DNA of 63,779 bases, the filler included, from Collodictyon triciliatum (taxonomy: Eukaryota): the NCBI GenBank assembly GCA_043381765.1. It is 6 parts of 6 records of this genome, joined end to end, with 100 filler letters (N's around TTAATTAATTAA, not from the genome) between each part and the next. Parts side by side here need not be neighbours in the genome. Positions count along the whole stretch, not along the records: positions 1 to 11,798 come from JBHJMP010002310.1; positions 11,899 to 26,922 come from JBHJMP010002311.1; 4 more parts are not named here. One strand, given 5' to 3'. A program made the position numbers and the translations under genes. This document shows, piece by piece, positions 1-12,160 of this stretch; within the stretch, counting starts at the first letter, position 1, and the number at the start of each line of letters is the position of its first letter. Below the pieces are notes generated by a model. It was not told the DNA's origin. It did not search any database and saw only the letters and a list, made by a program, of their open reading frames with translations.

Positions 1-272
1 TTTTGTTTTTGTTTTTGTTTTTGTTTTTGTTTTTGTTTTTGTTTTTGTTTTTGTTTTTGTTTTTGTTTTTGTTTTTGTTTTTTTTCTTGTTTTTTTCTTG
101 TTTTTTTTCTTGTTTTTTTTCTTGTTTTTTTTCTTGTTTTTGTTTCTGTTTTTTTTCTTGCACACAAGAGAACACCCTTGACAAGAAAGCTGGATCACGA
201 AGCTTATGTGCACGGACAAAAGAAAAGAAAAGAAAAGAAAAGAAAAGAAAAGAAAAGAAAAGAAGAAAAAAG
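1..272. repeat. Compound microsatellite (TTTTTG)n/(TTTTTTCTTG)n and (AAAAG)n
   Basis: Directly visible. Confidence 0.95.
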
Positions 273-380
273 AAATCAGCTGTAGTTGAAAACGAAGGAC
301 TCGAACGCAAGGGCAGCCTTGTGCGTCTCGTTGGTGTTTGGGAGGAGCAAGAGGCCTGCTTTGTCCTCAATGGTCCTTAT

Positions 381-930
381 ATGGATATCCCAGTTTCTCT
401 TTTGGTCCCTCCACAAAAGCGCGCTCGCCCTCGCTCGTTTGACTTGCGTTGCGATTTGCCAAGACCCGCTCTGATTCGACCCCGGCCTGGGTTTCGGTTG
501 CACCAGAGTTTTCGGTGATTCAAAGAAAGCGGCCGCTTTTTTCATTTTATGAACCGCATTTGGTCATTGTATTCCATGATAACTTAATGATATATAATAT
601 ATAGTACATATTATATCATATTCTAATTTTGGTATGTATTCCCTGATCAGCTGGACACCGAAGCTAAAACCTTTCCAGAAGGGAGTGCGGCGCAGATCAA
701 CTGCGAACCAGGGCAAGTCCCCGCAACTGGAACAAATGGAAAGCAGCGGAGGCCCGGTCGTAGCCAATAGCAACAAGGCGTATCTTCATCTCTTCTTTCC
801 ACTATACGACTTCACCTTCTAATATTCGTTTTCGTTATTTCTTTATTTCTTTATTTCTTTATTTCTTTATTTCTTTATTTCTTTATTTCTTTATTTCTTT
901 ATTTCTTTATTTCTTTATTTCTTTATTTCT

Positions 931-1017
<87 letters not shown>

Positions 1018-2841
1018 TTTCTTTTGGATTTTTATCTCACATTCTCTTGCTTCATTCTGAAAGGATGAGTCGCAACGTAGAGTACTACCTTTTGGAAAAC
1101 CACGATGGAAAGAATCCCCCACATATGGACGTACTTCAAAACGAGGCGCATTCATCATGTCGCATGCAACGCATGGATGACGTGCGTGTTCACATAACCC
1201 TAACCTGCTTCATTCCCGAATATTCTTTGCAGAATACATGATGTTAGGATGCTTTATAGAGCACCTGGTGCTTCATGAAAAGACAGCAAACGTCTGACCC
1301 TTAAAACTCTATCGTGCAGCAGAGGAAAATCGCATCCCTGAGCCAGCAACTAGATGATGCTCTCCGGGAAAGAGACACCGCAAGGGCATCGGCCAGTCAA
1401 TACCAGCGGGAGATCGAGCATCTTCGACTACATCAGGTACAGCTGCCCTTCTCATGGCAAAGTAAATATTCGGCTGAGTAGTGGGGTTAATATTTGCATG
1501 CATTTGTGTGCGGGCGACTGCTGCCATGGTGGATTTTTTTATTTTTTGGTTGATGCATATTTAAATTCGTTGAAGTGATATCGTACAATGTTTCTTCGTA
1601 GCCATAGACTGCGGTGTGGTTTCTTAAAAAGTCGATTGCTTCTTGCTATCTACTCATTTATTTTCAATGTAAGAATCCCGAATTATCCATTTGTTCACGG
1701 TTTTGATTTTATTTGCATTAGCAACAATCGATTGTGAGGCACAAACAGCACGTGTCTGATGTCATAGCTCAGATAAAGACAGAGTATGAGGAAAAGGTGG
1801 GACTCAAAACTGACGTGTAAACGAAAAAAATGCCTGTCATCTTGAAAATATAATTGATACGCTGAAATCATCTGCATTCCCGTGTGACTTCTACCTCGTG
1901 CAACAGCTTCATCGTATTTCTTATAACCAGGGGTCGTTTGCTCTTAATGATATCCAGTCCATTTCTAGTTAACGAATACTCAAACTCAAATATGGCCACA
2001 GATGTCGCAAATGAGTCTATCTTTCAACCAAAGCAAAGCTGATTGGGAATGCCAAAAGACTCGATTGGAAGAATCAAATACCAAATTATCGGATGAAATG
2101 CGCCAGTCCAAGGGAATGAACGCTCTTCGGCGATTTGAGGAGCGAGTCACTTCAAGACAAAATGGTCGAGAAGCAGATATGGAGACTCGAGTAAAGAACA
2201 TCAAATTCAGTCGCTATGAAAATTCATATATATATATATTAAGTTGCCCTTGTCACTAATCTTTGATTTCTACGGATCTCAAACTACAGGTGCTGGAGAA
2301 GCCCCACAGCAGCGAAATTATGGCGCTAAAGCTTCAGATATCAACCATGCAGGCTAAAATTGACCAGTTGACAACCCAGCTTGCGACTTGTTCTGACCAA
2401 AAGAGACAAAACTTATGTGCTCTCCCGACAACGCCTAAACTATCGATGCGTTCTGCCGCTACACAGACCACTTCATCAGCCGCTGATTATCGCCGTACAT
2501 CAATATCTCAAACACCCCCGGTATCAAAACGCGAGTCAAATGGAGTTGATGTACGGTCTCTCCAATCACAGCTTCGGTAAGGAGAAAGGCCCCGCATGCT
2601 TTTAAAAAAAAATACACAGGATTTTGTGCACACAAAGTGATTACATGTTGTATTTCATGGCGTTATGTTTCGGTCCCTTCTAAATTAGCTTTGTTATTTC
2701 AGAGAAAAGGACCAAATGATCACATCTTTGCGTGCGCGGCTCGACCAGCAACAGAACAGGCAACCGGCTTTTGGGGGTGCGTTAGTCCCTCTTCGTTTAC
2801 TATCATTCCCGCCTATGGGTGATGGCGGTAGGAAGAGTTGA
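381..2841 (+). CDS. Hypothetical coiled-coil protein (8 exons)
   Basis: Phase-consistent GT-AG exons at about 381-514, 651-779, 1064-1181, 1320-1436, 1749-1796, 1969-2190, 2290-2576 and 2703-2841. They encode heptad-like segments (QRKIASLSQQLDDALRERD, IMALKLQISTMQAKIDQLTTQL, LQSQLREKDQMITSLRARLDQQ). Start ATG uncertain. Confidence 0.7.
836..1021. repeat. Intronic (TTTATTTC)n + (TTTA)n microsatellite
   Basis: Directly visible. Confidence 0.95.
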
Positions 2842-3458
2842 CTGTTGATCCATTTGAACATACCTGTGACATATTTCGCTCCAGCATTTTCTTCCTTTTT
2901 TTTTTGCGTGTGCGTGTGTTATGTTTAACCTCCCTTTCATTCATGAAAAGGTCAGGATGAATATTATAAAATTGATAATCGACGAGAAATATACTTTGGA
3001 ACTTTTCATTTGTTTAGATCCAGAACATACTATCTTGATGATTATTAATTTCTTTTGGTTATTATCGATTGCCATTTTAGTAAATTTGAAAAACAGCATG
3101 CCCGTATCAAAGAAATATAAATTTAAATGATGAAAGTAAAAATTGGATTACACTCCAAGGTCAACAGTAAAAATACTGCCCTCTAACAAAATAAAAGGAA
3201 GTGTTTTGGTACGATATTGTACGAAGGCTATAATGATTTGAAAATCATCAGAATGATTGCCCCTTGTTTGTTGAATAAAAATCAAAAAGATATCGAAATT
3301 GTCTTATGGAGACACCTGGCATATCTTGCAAGAAGGTTGATTAACCTAAAAACTTTCAACCATCGCTTTTGTTGGTCAAGAATAGAAAAATTGAAAGAAT
3401 AGAAGAAAAAAAAGGAAAAGAGAATGAAGCATATGCTGGTGTTGGCTGAAGCATTCTT

Positions 3459-4756
3459 TCAATCAAATTTTATCCTAGATTCGTAGAACTCAAAAACCTT
3501 GCTGGGGATGATAGTGTAGAGTACAGACGCAAGGAAATAAACCAGACATCTTGCCTTTGAATTGATAGACCTATGAATAGTTATTCACATTTCAAAAAAA
3601 AAAAAAAAACATGATTCACCCTTCGAACCGTATGTAGAGATTGCATTTGGAAAACATCTGTAAATCTGATAATGGAACACTTCTCCAAGAAAATGTATCC
3701 CCAATTAATCTTATACACAAATATACATCGAGAAACGCACAGGATTACTCCAAGAAAGAGTCTATCGTCTACTTTCCTAGCAGCGACAATTTTCACAGGA
3801 TTGATGCCTCCTCCAAAGTCGACCTTTTCATCGTGTACAAAGAGCACGTTCGGGTACTCCTTATGCACAGTGACCAACGTCCACCCAAAGTCTCCTGAAA
3901 ATCAAGTGTTATACAAAACATGAATGAGATAGATGGCCGAGAATTGATATGCACTACATACGCGACTCGGGGCAGACTTCATCAACACCAGCCTCTTTGT
4001 GAACGAAGGGAGAAGGGCTGATTGGCTCTGTCATTTCATCGCCATGGTGTGATGCAGCAGGCGAAAGGGCCCGAGACGATACGCTCGTGGCGGAGGAGCG
4101 GCTGAGTTCAACCTGCCGTCCTTTTGTCCTGCGCCCTCTCTTTGGAGGTGGCTTTGCGGCCAACTGCTTCCTAAGCCTTTCCTCAAACTCAGCCAGCAGC
4201 TCGTCACAGCCAATAAGGTTGGACTCATCCTCCCAGGTGGCCTCCTCGTATCCCGCCCACTTCAGCAGGTATTGTGTTGAGTTCTGACAGGGAGTTGGAA
4301 AGTGCGTGCGTGCGTGAGTGGGTGCAAGGGTCAATTGTTGGTTTAGGGGAAGAGAATAAGTCCAGTGTGGGAGTCAGGCCCATGGTGAGATATATCAATA
4401 TCAATATCAATCGGATAAAGACGCAATAAATGCAAAAAGGATAAAGAAACAATAAACGTAAAAGGATGGTGTGGTTTTGGTGACTGTTGCTTGTGTTCGC
4501 TTGCGCTTTTTGTTTGCTTCCCTACCTTGAGGATCTTGCGGTCCAGAATCGCCTCCACCTGATATATCTCGTTCTCTTTGCTCAACTCCTTCTCTTCCTC
4601 TGGCGGCTTTTTGTGGTGTTCGGGCCGTTGCGCAGATGCTCCCAGGCTTTTCATTCCCTTCACCGGAGTTGCAGAGGCATCAATCTGGAACAGATCGTCG
4701 TCGTTGTCCTTGCTCATGGGTTGGAGGCGGCTCTTTTTGTTGGAGCTTAGACTCAT
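3459..4756 (-). CDS. HP1: HP1/Swi6-family heterochromatin protein (chromodomain + chromoshadow domain)
   Basis: Exons 4756-4526, 4283-3962, 3894-3741 and 3570-3459 total 819 nt (272 aa). Chromodomain: YQVEAILDRK...YLLKWAGYEEATWEDESNL. Basic hinge: KPPPKRGRRTK. Chromoshadow-like: DFGGGINPVKIVAA...PSKVFEFYESRIKF. Confidence 0.88.
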
Positions 4757-5086
4757 CTTGAAGCCTTTGTGGAAGGGCTCGCGCTCTGTACGGCCGGGGC
4801 AGAGAAAAAAAAAAGAGTTCAGAGCCTCTCAAAGGCGCGTTCCTTCATTGCGTTCCTTTGTTGCGGTTTTATTGGTGTTTTTTTTTTAATTGGTTTTATA
4901 AAACTATTCGACACAGAAACACACAAGCACACAAGAAAACCGCCTCGAACTCTGCCCCGCGCAGGTGCGACGGAGAGTTTGCAATGGGGAGATGTGGGAA
5001 GAGGACGAAAGTATGCGCGGACTTGGAGTCATCACAAGTGATTGCCAATCACCCTGCGTTGGACGCTTCACGTAGCGGTCAGCGGG

Positions 5087-6377
5087 CTACTGCGTACCTT
5101 CAAGAACTTGATTTGCCTCCCTGTTTCTATTGAAAATCCTTCCTGGATGGAACGCAGGGGTTTGAAGAGGCCGGTATGAAGCTTATGGGAGAAACGTGCA
5201 AGAAAGTAATGTTGGTAAATGCATGGAAACATATCGATGGCTTGTTTTGAAAGGCTTCAAAGTGAGCAAATAATTATCGAAGAACCCCATCACGAGACAA
5301 AAGTCAAAAAATGTAATATTTAACAAATCATGATGTGGTTTTGGTATTATTTATGTAGGTGTACCTAACGCATGACTTTGTTTAAAAAAAAAGGTTAAGA
5401 AAAGGATGCTACTCTAATGCACAAATGAATTAATAATAATAATAATAAAAATAAAAATAAAAATAATAAAACTTTGGCGCCTGAATGTACCTGCCTTCTG
5501 AGAAGTGCAGTAAAATGACGGTAAGGGGTGGACATAATCCAAGAATTCGATGGCCAGCTGTTTTTATTGTGACGATGATTAATAAATGGCAAAACTTGTA
5601 ATAAAAAAAGGGTACCCAGACTTGTATAATCATGACGATAGCATATGTCCAGTATGGCATTTGGGCTCCATCTCTTCTGTGTTGCACCCGAAGTATCTTT
5701 ATTTTGTATAAATCGTACCTGAGTAGTGTTCCTGACTCTGATATTGAACTGCGTTTTGTGTACATCAGCAACAGAACCAGACAGGCAGATTACTGCAAAG
5801 CCCATGGACAAAAAGACAAAGTTCAGTTTTACATCAAAGAGCGATCCCAGCCACGGTGCAATCTTTGTAGGCTCCACTTTTCTGCAATCAAAGCGAAGGA
5901 AGAATATCGCAGACTCTTCTGGAACCAAGTCTCGGAATGACCTTATCTGTGTTCGTATGAGAAGAGTAATTTCATCTGGTAAGAACTATATGGCGAGATA
6001 TCCATGAAGAAAAATAACATCGGTGTTATAGGTGTCTTTTTTGTTCAATGGCAGGAAAGAGGGAACTATAAAGCTAAAGCAATGCACTCTTGGGCAGCCG
6101 TTATTGTTCAAGAATCAACTTTGTCGCCCAAAGACTTTGTGGTGGAGTATAAAATCCTCACAGATGAGAGAAATATGCTCGAGCAAGGATGACAAGTTAA
6201 TATGCTTACTGGGATAGATGCCTCGATTTTTTCTGTCGACTCTGCCTGAAAGAGTGTGACGTTCCCCAGAAATCCGGGCGCGTTTGACAGAAGGTTGGTG
6301 ATTTTATGTGTACTCAGGAACGTCTCCAGCGACTCCTTCGACTCTGGCTGTCCGAAAATTACGAAATTCTCGAGCAT
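5087..6377 (-). CDS. Hypothetical protein, ~198 aa (4 exons)
   Basis: Exons 6377-6210, 5985-5719, 5557-5491 and 5181-5087 join in frame (597 nt) with donors GTAAGC, GTACGA and GTACAT. No domain recognised; last exon uncertain. Confidence 0.5.
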
Positions 6378-6796
6378 TTATCCGGTGGCCGCGTCCTCAC
6401 TGCATGTTCTTTTCTTTTAGCACAAAAGAACGTGTGGGATAGAATTGGGTTTTGGGTTGGTATTTGCTTTATGGGGGGTTTTATGGGGGGTTTTTTATGG
6501 TTTTTTGTTTTGTGATTCTTGGAGCCTTTATGTAGGTAACCTGATCTTTTTCTCATTCCCTGAGGCAGCGAGATGATAAGTAAATTCAATGTGATTAATT
6601 CTATATGAAATTACGTAATTACGACAGACTTATGACAATATTAAGATTTTGTATGTCTTGAGAACAAAAAATATATAATATCCACTAATAGAAAAGGAGT
6701 TACCGAAATTGTCCTACCTTATTATATTTTTCACAACCAATTTTTGCACCTCGTATCTTAATTAGGCAGAAGCACCTTCCACCAAAACTCAACGAA

Positions 6797-7012
6797 GAAA
6801 AAAGAAAAAGAAAAGGAAAAAGAAATAAAGAAAAGAAAAAAAGAAAAAAAGCGCAGGAAAAAGGCAGACGAGAGACTTCCTAAAAATGAAAAAGGAAGAA
6901 AGAGGAAAGAAAAAGAAAAAAGAAAAAGAAAAAGAAAAAAGAAAAAGAAAAAGAAAGAGGAAAAATGAGAAAGAAAGAGAAAAAAATAAGAAAAAAGATA
7001 AAAGAAAAAAAG
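6797..7012. repeat. Purine-rich (A/G) low-complexity tract
   Basis: Directly visible upstream of the 7169 ORF. Confidence 0.9.
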
Positions 7013-7168
7013 AGGAAGCAACACCAAAAACCTTGCTCACTCGACCATCTTTTCCCTCCAGACAAGAAATACCCAGCCCCCCAGCCAATCGAAAGCCGCC
7101 GCCAGCAGCTGCGCCTTCGCCAGGACCGACTTGTGCAAACCCGATCAAACCCGAGAGCCCATCGCCAA

Positions 7169-10100
7169 ATGGACCCGCCAAGAAACACCGCCCCAGAAAA
7201 GCCATCGTCCTCGACGCCGGGCGATCTGCAGATCAAAACCACGCGCTGTTCCAATCGCAAAGGCTGGGACTTCCCCGTCTCAAAGTTCCGTCTGCACGCG
7301 CCAAACGCTGCGCCGGTCTCCGGCTCAAAGTCGGGCTATTTCCCCTCAGGAAACTCCTCGTTGGGCGCGGCCGGGCCATCGTTGCTCTCGTCAAGCGGCC
7401 AGTTCGATCCCATGAGGAGCCCCGTCCGCAAACGCCCGCGCCAGGATGACCCCGCCAAGCACAGAATCCTCAACTACATCTCGCACATGCAGCTGTCCAA
7501 ATCGTCAAAGCACAGCCCGCCCTCAAGTGCTTCCAATGCCACCCGATTCCCAGCAGAAGTCGCCTCTGAACGAAGGGTTCTCGCAGCAAACGGAGCAGCG
7601 ATGCCAGATGGTGTCCTTGTGCACCCACTGGAGCCTGATTCGGGTCCGTCTCAGAAGCCTCATGCAGGGAATATGCCCCAGCATCGCGCAAGGCCGGCAG
7701 AGGCCAAAGAGGCTAGCAGGGCACTTGCGGACAGATCCCCGCAAGGCATGACGCCTCTTCATCACTCTCTCGAATCCAAGAGTCTCTTATCGCATACGTC
7801 CCACGCGAATGTCGGCAAAAGCCGGAATGATTACCCCGCAGCCCATCCGATGCAAAGCAATGGGTGGATGTCTTCGATATTGAATGCAGATGAGGGTATT
7901 CAGCACCGCAAGCTCCTTCCAAATGGAGGAATGATGCCCCTCCCAGAGGGCAAGTACGAGGTAGTATCCAGAGTAAGAAGTTCACACTCGAACAGTGGTT
8001 CAAATGGCTTTGAGATGCACGAATCACAGGAGCCTCGCTCGGCAATCAAGTCAGAGGAGAGCAAGGACGATAGTAATGACATGAATGAAAATAGTGAAGA
8101 TGATTCCAGTTGTGGCGGGCTTCCTATGAGCGAGCAACATGATGACATTCACTTTGTAGGCTCTGCCTCGGTGCGCAGACCAAGAGAAGACCCTGTCCAC
8201 CCCACCCCACCAAAGGCCGTACCCAATTACATCACCGATTCATGGTCCCAGACAATCCCCTCAGGAAACCCGTCTAAATCAAAAACAAACTCGGCAGGCT
8301 CGAAGAAGCAAGGCAACAGTCAAAAGAGTAAGGAAAAGGGCAAAAGGGAGAAAAGAAAGCCTGCTATGGTCAGTTCCCACACGCAGACAGACCCTGTAGA
8401 AATCCTCCCAGCCAGGATGGCGGACCAGCCGGGGCCCATAGCTGTGACCCCCAACATCAAGTTCTCTTGCACTCCTGATGGCACTCCATATGTCGTCATC
8501 CCACCTTTGCCCGGAGCCAATACTAGCATAGACCAAGCATCCCCGCATCCTTTGCCGTCGATACCAGTCCCGGCGCAACAGAACGACCTACTCTCGAAAA
8601 AGACGCCTGTGGAAAGTAACCACACAGCAACCATCAGTAGTGCGGGGACTATATCAGAGGCGGACAGCTCATCAAAACAGGGCGAACACGAGTACGCCAA
8701 ACATGTAAGCGGCATTACATCCAACCCAAGTATGAATTCGACGGCGGACTCAGCCTCTACATCGAATCAAAACGGACCGCAGGGCAACCCTCAGAGGCCA
8801 TCTCACACACTCATCATCCACCGCCACGCAGAGTTGGGAGCAGACTTTGGGGGAGCCAACCAACTGCCTGCTCTTCGCGAGATGACTTCGAGTATTGGAG
8901 TGAATATGAACATGAATATGCACACAAACACAAACACAAACATGAACATAAATACGGGGATGGGGATGCATGCAGGAATGGGGATGGGTCCATCTGCCAC
9001 AACAGCACCGTTTTACCCAGGGGGCTTTGACAAGGACGACAATATGTTCCCCAACCCCTACTACATGCGAATGCGCCGCCACTCGGAGCCGTTCATCTTC
9101 CACCCCACAATGTCGCACATTCCCGAGTCGGCTTATGCGTCATATCCAAACGTCCACCAATTGCTCATGCGGGAGCAGCAGACAGCCCCACAGCCGCCTC
9201 AGCACGCACAGCCGCCAATTGGCTTCAGCCTCCCCGGCTTGGATGTGGACCCGGACGTGTCGCTTCTGTCTCAACCGCGCCCACCTCCACAGATTACGCT
9301 GCGCAGAATGCCTCGACAAGCCGCCGAGGAAACGAAGCCGCCAACTCAACTGCCGATGCAAACGCAAATGCACCGACCCGAGGAAGGAGACACCGGGCGC
9401 AGCTCGCCGACAGGCTCCTCCAGCACAATATCTACCATCAAACGCACAGAGAGCCAGGTGCATGCGGGTCCCTCTCGGTCCCAATCTCCGCCACCCGCAG
9501 CCCCGAGACAAAAAGTGCCCTCAAATGGCCAGTCGCCGAAGATAGGAGGTACTCTATCCATCAACGTCAATACAGACACGCCGTTTGCAGAGCCCGGGCC
9601 GCCTCTCGGGCGCCGAAACAGTCTCGGTCTGGGCTCGTTTCCGGCCGTCTCGCCGCAGAGCAGCGCCCAAGCAGCATCCCGCGGACAGATCTTTCAGGAG
9701 CCCATCCCGCCACTCCAGAAGCCGGGCTCCTTTGAACTGCCTCCTATGGCGGCTCCCGTGCCCCAGCAAATCCGGTCTCCGCTTCAATCCGCGCCGATGG
9801 CTCCGCCCCTGGAACTGCAAAGAGGCGTCCAAACGCACGCTGCCAACCCCATGGGCGAAGCCATTGTCCTCCCGCCCATTCGCTCGTTCGCCGACGTCCC
9901 CGATGGCCAGTCCGACAAGCTGTCTGCGTATCTCGGTCGGCGGCGCTGGTCTATAGCTGCATACAGCCCCGCCGCATTCCCAGGCCCCAATCCGAGCTGC
10001 AAAGCGGTGCAGGTAGCGGACCGTGATGGGATTGTGGAGGAAAATATTGCTGACCGCAGCATGGACTCTCTGCTCTGGATGGCGCAAATCGCATCCCAGA

Positions 10101-10213
10101 GCCACGAGAAGAGGCAACAGCGACAACATGAACAGCAGTCCCAAACAGGCTCTTCGAAATCCGACGATGTATCCGACACGTCCATGTCTATCCAATCCGG
10201 AGAGGAGGAATGA
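7169..10213 (+). CDS. Large intronless, intrinsically disordered P/S/Q-rich protein (~1014 aa)
   Basis: Continuous GC-rich ORF. The ORF-track start at 6965 lies in an A/G simple repeat, so MDPPRN at 7169 is preferred. No globular domain evident. Confidence 0.8.
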   Translation: MDPPRNTAPEKPSSSTPGDLQIKTTRCSNRKGWDFPVSKFRLHAPNAAPVSGSKSGYFPSGNSSLGAAGPSLLSSSGQFDPMRSPVRKRPRQDDPAKHRILNYISHMQLSKSSKHSPPSSASNATRFPAEVASERRVLAANGAAMPDGVLVHPLEPDSGPSQKPHAGNMPQHRARPAEAKEASRALADRSPQGMTPLHHSLESKSLLSHTSHANVGKSRNDYPAAHPMQSNGWMSSILNADEGIQHRKLLPNGGMMPLPEGKYEVVSRVRSSHSNSGSNGFEMHESQEPRSAIKSEESKDDSNDMNENSEDDSSCGGLPMSEQHDDIHFVGSASVRRPREDPVHPTPPKAVPNYITDSWSQTIPSGNPSKSKTNSAGSKKQGNSQKSKEKGKREKRKPAMVSSHTQTDPVEILPARMADQPGPIAVTPNIKFSCTPDGTPYVVIPPLPGANTSIDQASPHPLPSIPVPAQQNDLLSKKTPVESNHTATISSAGTISEADSSSKQGEHEYAKHVSGITSNPSMNSTADSASTSNQNGPQGNPQRPSHTLIIHRHAELGADFGGANQLPALREMTSSIGVNMNMNMHTNTNTNMNINTGMGMHAGMGMGPSATTAPFYPGGFDKDDNMFPNPYYMRMRRHSEPFIFHPTMSHIPESAYASYPNVHQLLMREQQTAPQPPQHAQPPIGFSLPGLDVDPDVSLLSQPRPPPQITLRRMPRQAAEETKPPTQLPMQTQMHRPEEGDTGRSSPTGSSSTISTIKRTESQVHAGPSRSQSPPPAAPRQKVPSNGQSPKIGGTLSINVNTDTPFAEPGPPLGRRNSLGLGSFPAVSPQSSAQAASRGQIFQEPIPPLQKPGSFELPPMAAPVPQQIRSPLQSAPMAPPLELQRGVQTHAANPMGEAIVLPPIRSFADVPDGQSDKLSAYLGRRRWSIAAYSPAAFPGPNPSCKAVQVADRDGIVEENIADRSMDSLLWMAQIASQSHEKRQQRQHEQQSQTGSSKSDDVSDTSMSIQSGEEE

Positions 10214-10980
10214 GCTCCTCGTTGATAATATATTTTCTCCTTTCTTTTTCTTTTTTATGTTTGTGTCTCTTTACAGAAACATTAGGAAAGAATGGGAGTT
10301 TCATTTGTGCAGACACTGCAACGCTTAGGCATTCTTTTTCAGCTATTTCCTCTTCTTTTTTTTTTTTAATTTTTTTAATTTTTATTCTTTAAGGGCAACA
10401 CTATCAAATCAGCTTCTTCCTCTGTGTCTTTTTTTTTTTCAGAACAAGAACATACAAAACGAAGAAAAACGACAGAGCCTACATTTCACCAACACTCATG
10501 AATTTCCTTTTCGCTAGTGGGCTCTATTCAGCTTTCCCCCTCATTACCACATATGATTAAGTCTGTTGTTTGGGCTCTGTTCAGAGTGATTTACTCTCTC
10601 CTCTTACCTTCACAACAATCTGAAGGACAAAAGAAAAAAAACTAATGGCATTCAATATCAAACGCACGCCCCAAGAACAAAAGTTATATTATATATTCCA
10701 ATTTTCACTCATGACACTCCTTCCCAGCCGCGGAAATCATGAAATCTGCAAATCCCTCAATCTCGAAAGAAAGAAAAAAATATGAATAAATAAACTTTAC
10801 AGAGAAGATAAAAAGATGAAATGAAAGGACTGCTTCGAACTTTCACCCAAAAATACATTTTGCTCGGATTGTTTTTCGCAAATCATCGGGGATGGGAAAT
10901 GTTAGTGCGCAAAGAAAAGTGGACTCTGGCGATACAGAATGAAAAGAAGAAGAGGAAAGAGAGTTCATGAAAGGGCGGAT

Positions 10981-11590
10981 TCAGAAGTGTGCGCTTATGT
11001 TCATGGTTAACTGGCTGACAAATGATGATTCACTCCCTCTCCGCATCGGTGGCATTTTGTTGGGCCTGCGGCTTCGGCCATTTTCTGCTGATGAATTTGT
11101 TGACAATGTCCGCTCCGCTTGGCACAGTTTCTACAATAATTTTAATACAATGTATCAGCACGCTGGGAAAAGATTTCTGTTGCTTCGATTCGAAAGGTGA
11201 TGTTTGTTCGGTTATTGCTCTCTTTTGATATGTTAACTAAATTTGTCTATGTAACTTCACCAGAGTGAATGTGGAATGACTTCGGCTCTGCGGGGATGAC
11301 TAGTTTTGTTTGGACATTAATCTGCGCGTGGGGCTGTGGTGGCACCTGAGAAGCGATAATATGGGGTTGTTGTGGAATCACTTGTGTGGGAACCATCTGT
11401 GACATTTGCGGTGCATCGTTTGTGCCGGTGTGTGTTGATGTTGAGCCGGTTTCTGGGTTGGGCGGTTTTGAAGGAGTCGCTGTTTGTTGTGCTGGTGGGA
11501 TGTTTGGGTGAAATGGCGAGTCTTGCCGGGGAGCCAAGTAAATTCGTTGCTGCAGTTCTCGCCGAATGGAATATAACTCCTCCATATTCT
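10981..11590 (-). CDS. C-terminal exons of a minus-strand gene (possibly the 3' end of the RhoGEF-like gene across the linker)
   Basis: Exon NMEELYSIRRELQQRIYLAP...HSGE|gttaca joins in phase 0 to KLCQAERTLSTNSS...NISAHF-TGA (10981-10983). It is separated from the upstream exons by an assembly linker. Confidence 0.55.
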
Positions 11591-11680
11591 TAGATACTTC
11601 TGAAGATATCTTGATGTCGCGTGATTGAGACCAAGAAAGTACATGTCAGGGAAAGAGCAAAAATGAAGAATCAGACATAA

Positions 11681-12148
<468 letters not shown>

Positions 12149-12160
12149 AATATAAAGAAC

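Noticed and set aside
276..545. Minus-strand 89-aa ORF as a gene
   Set aside because: It overlaps the plus-strand first exon, which splices in phase with seven downstream exons.
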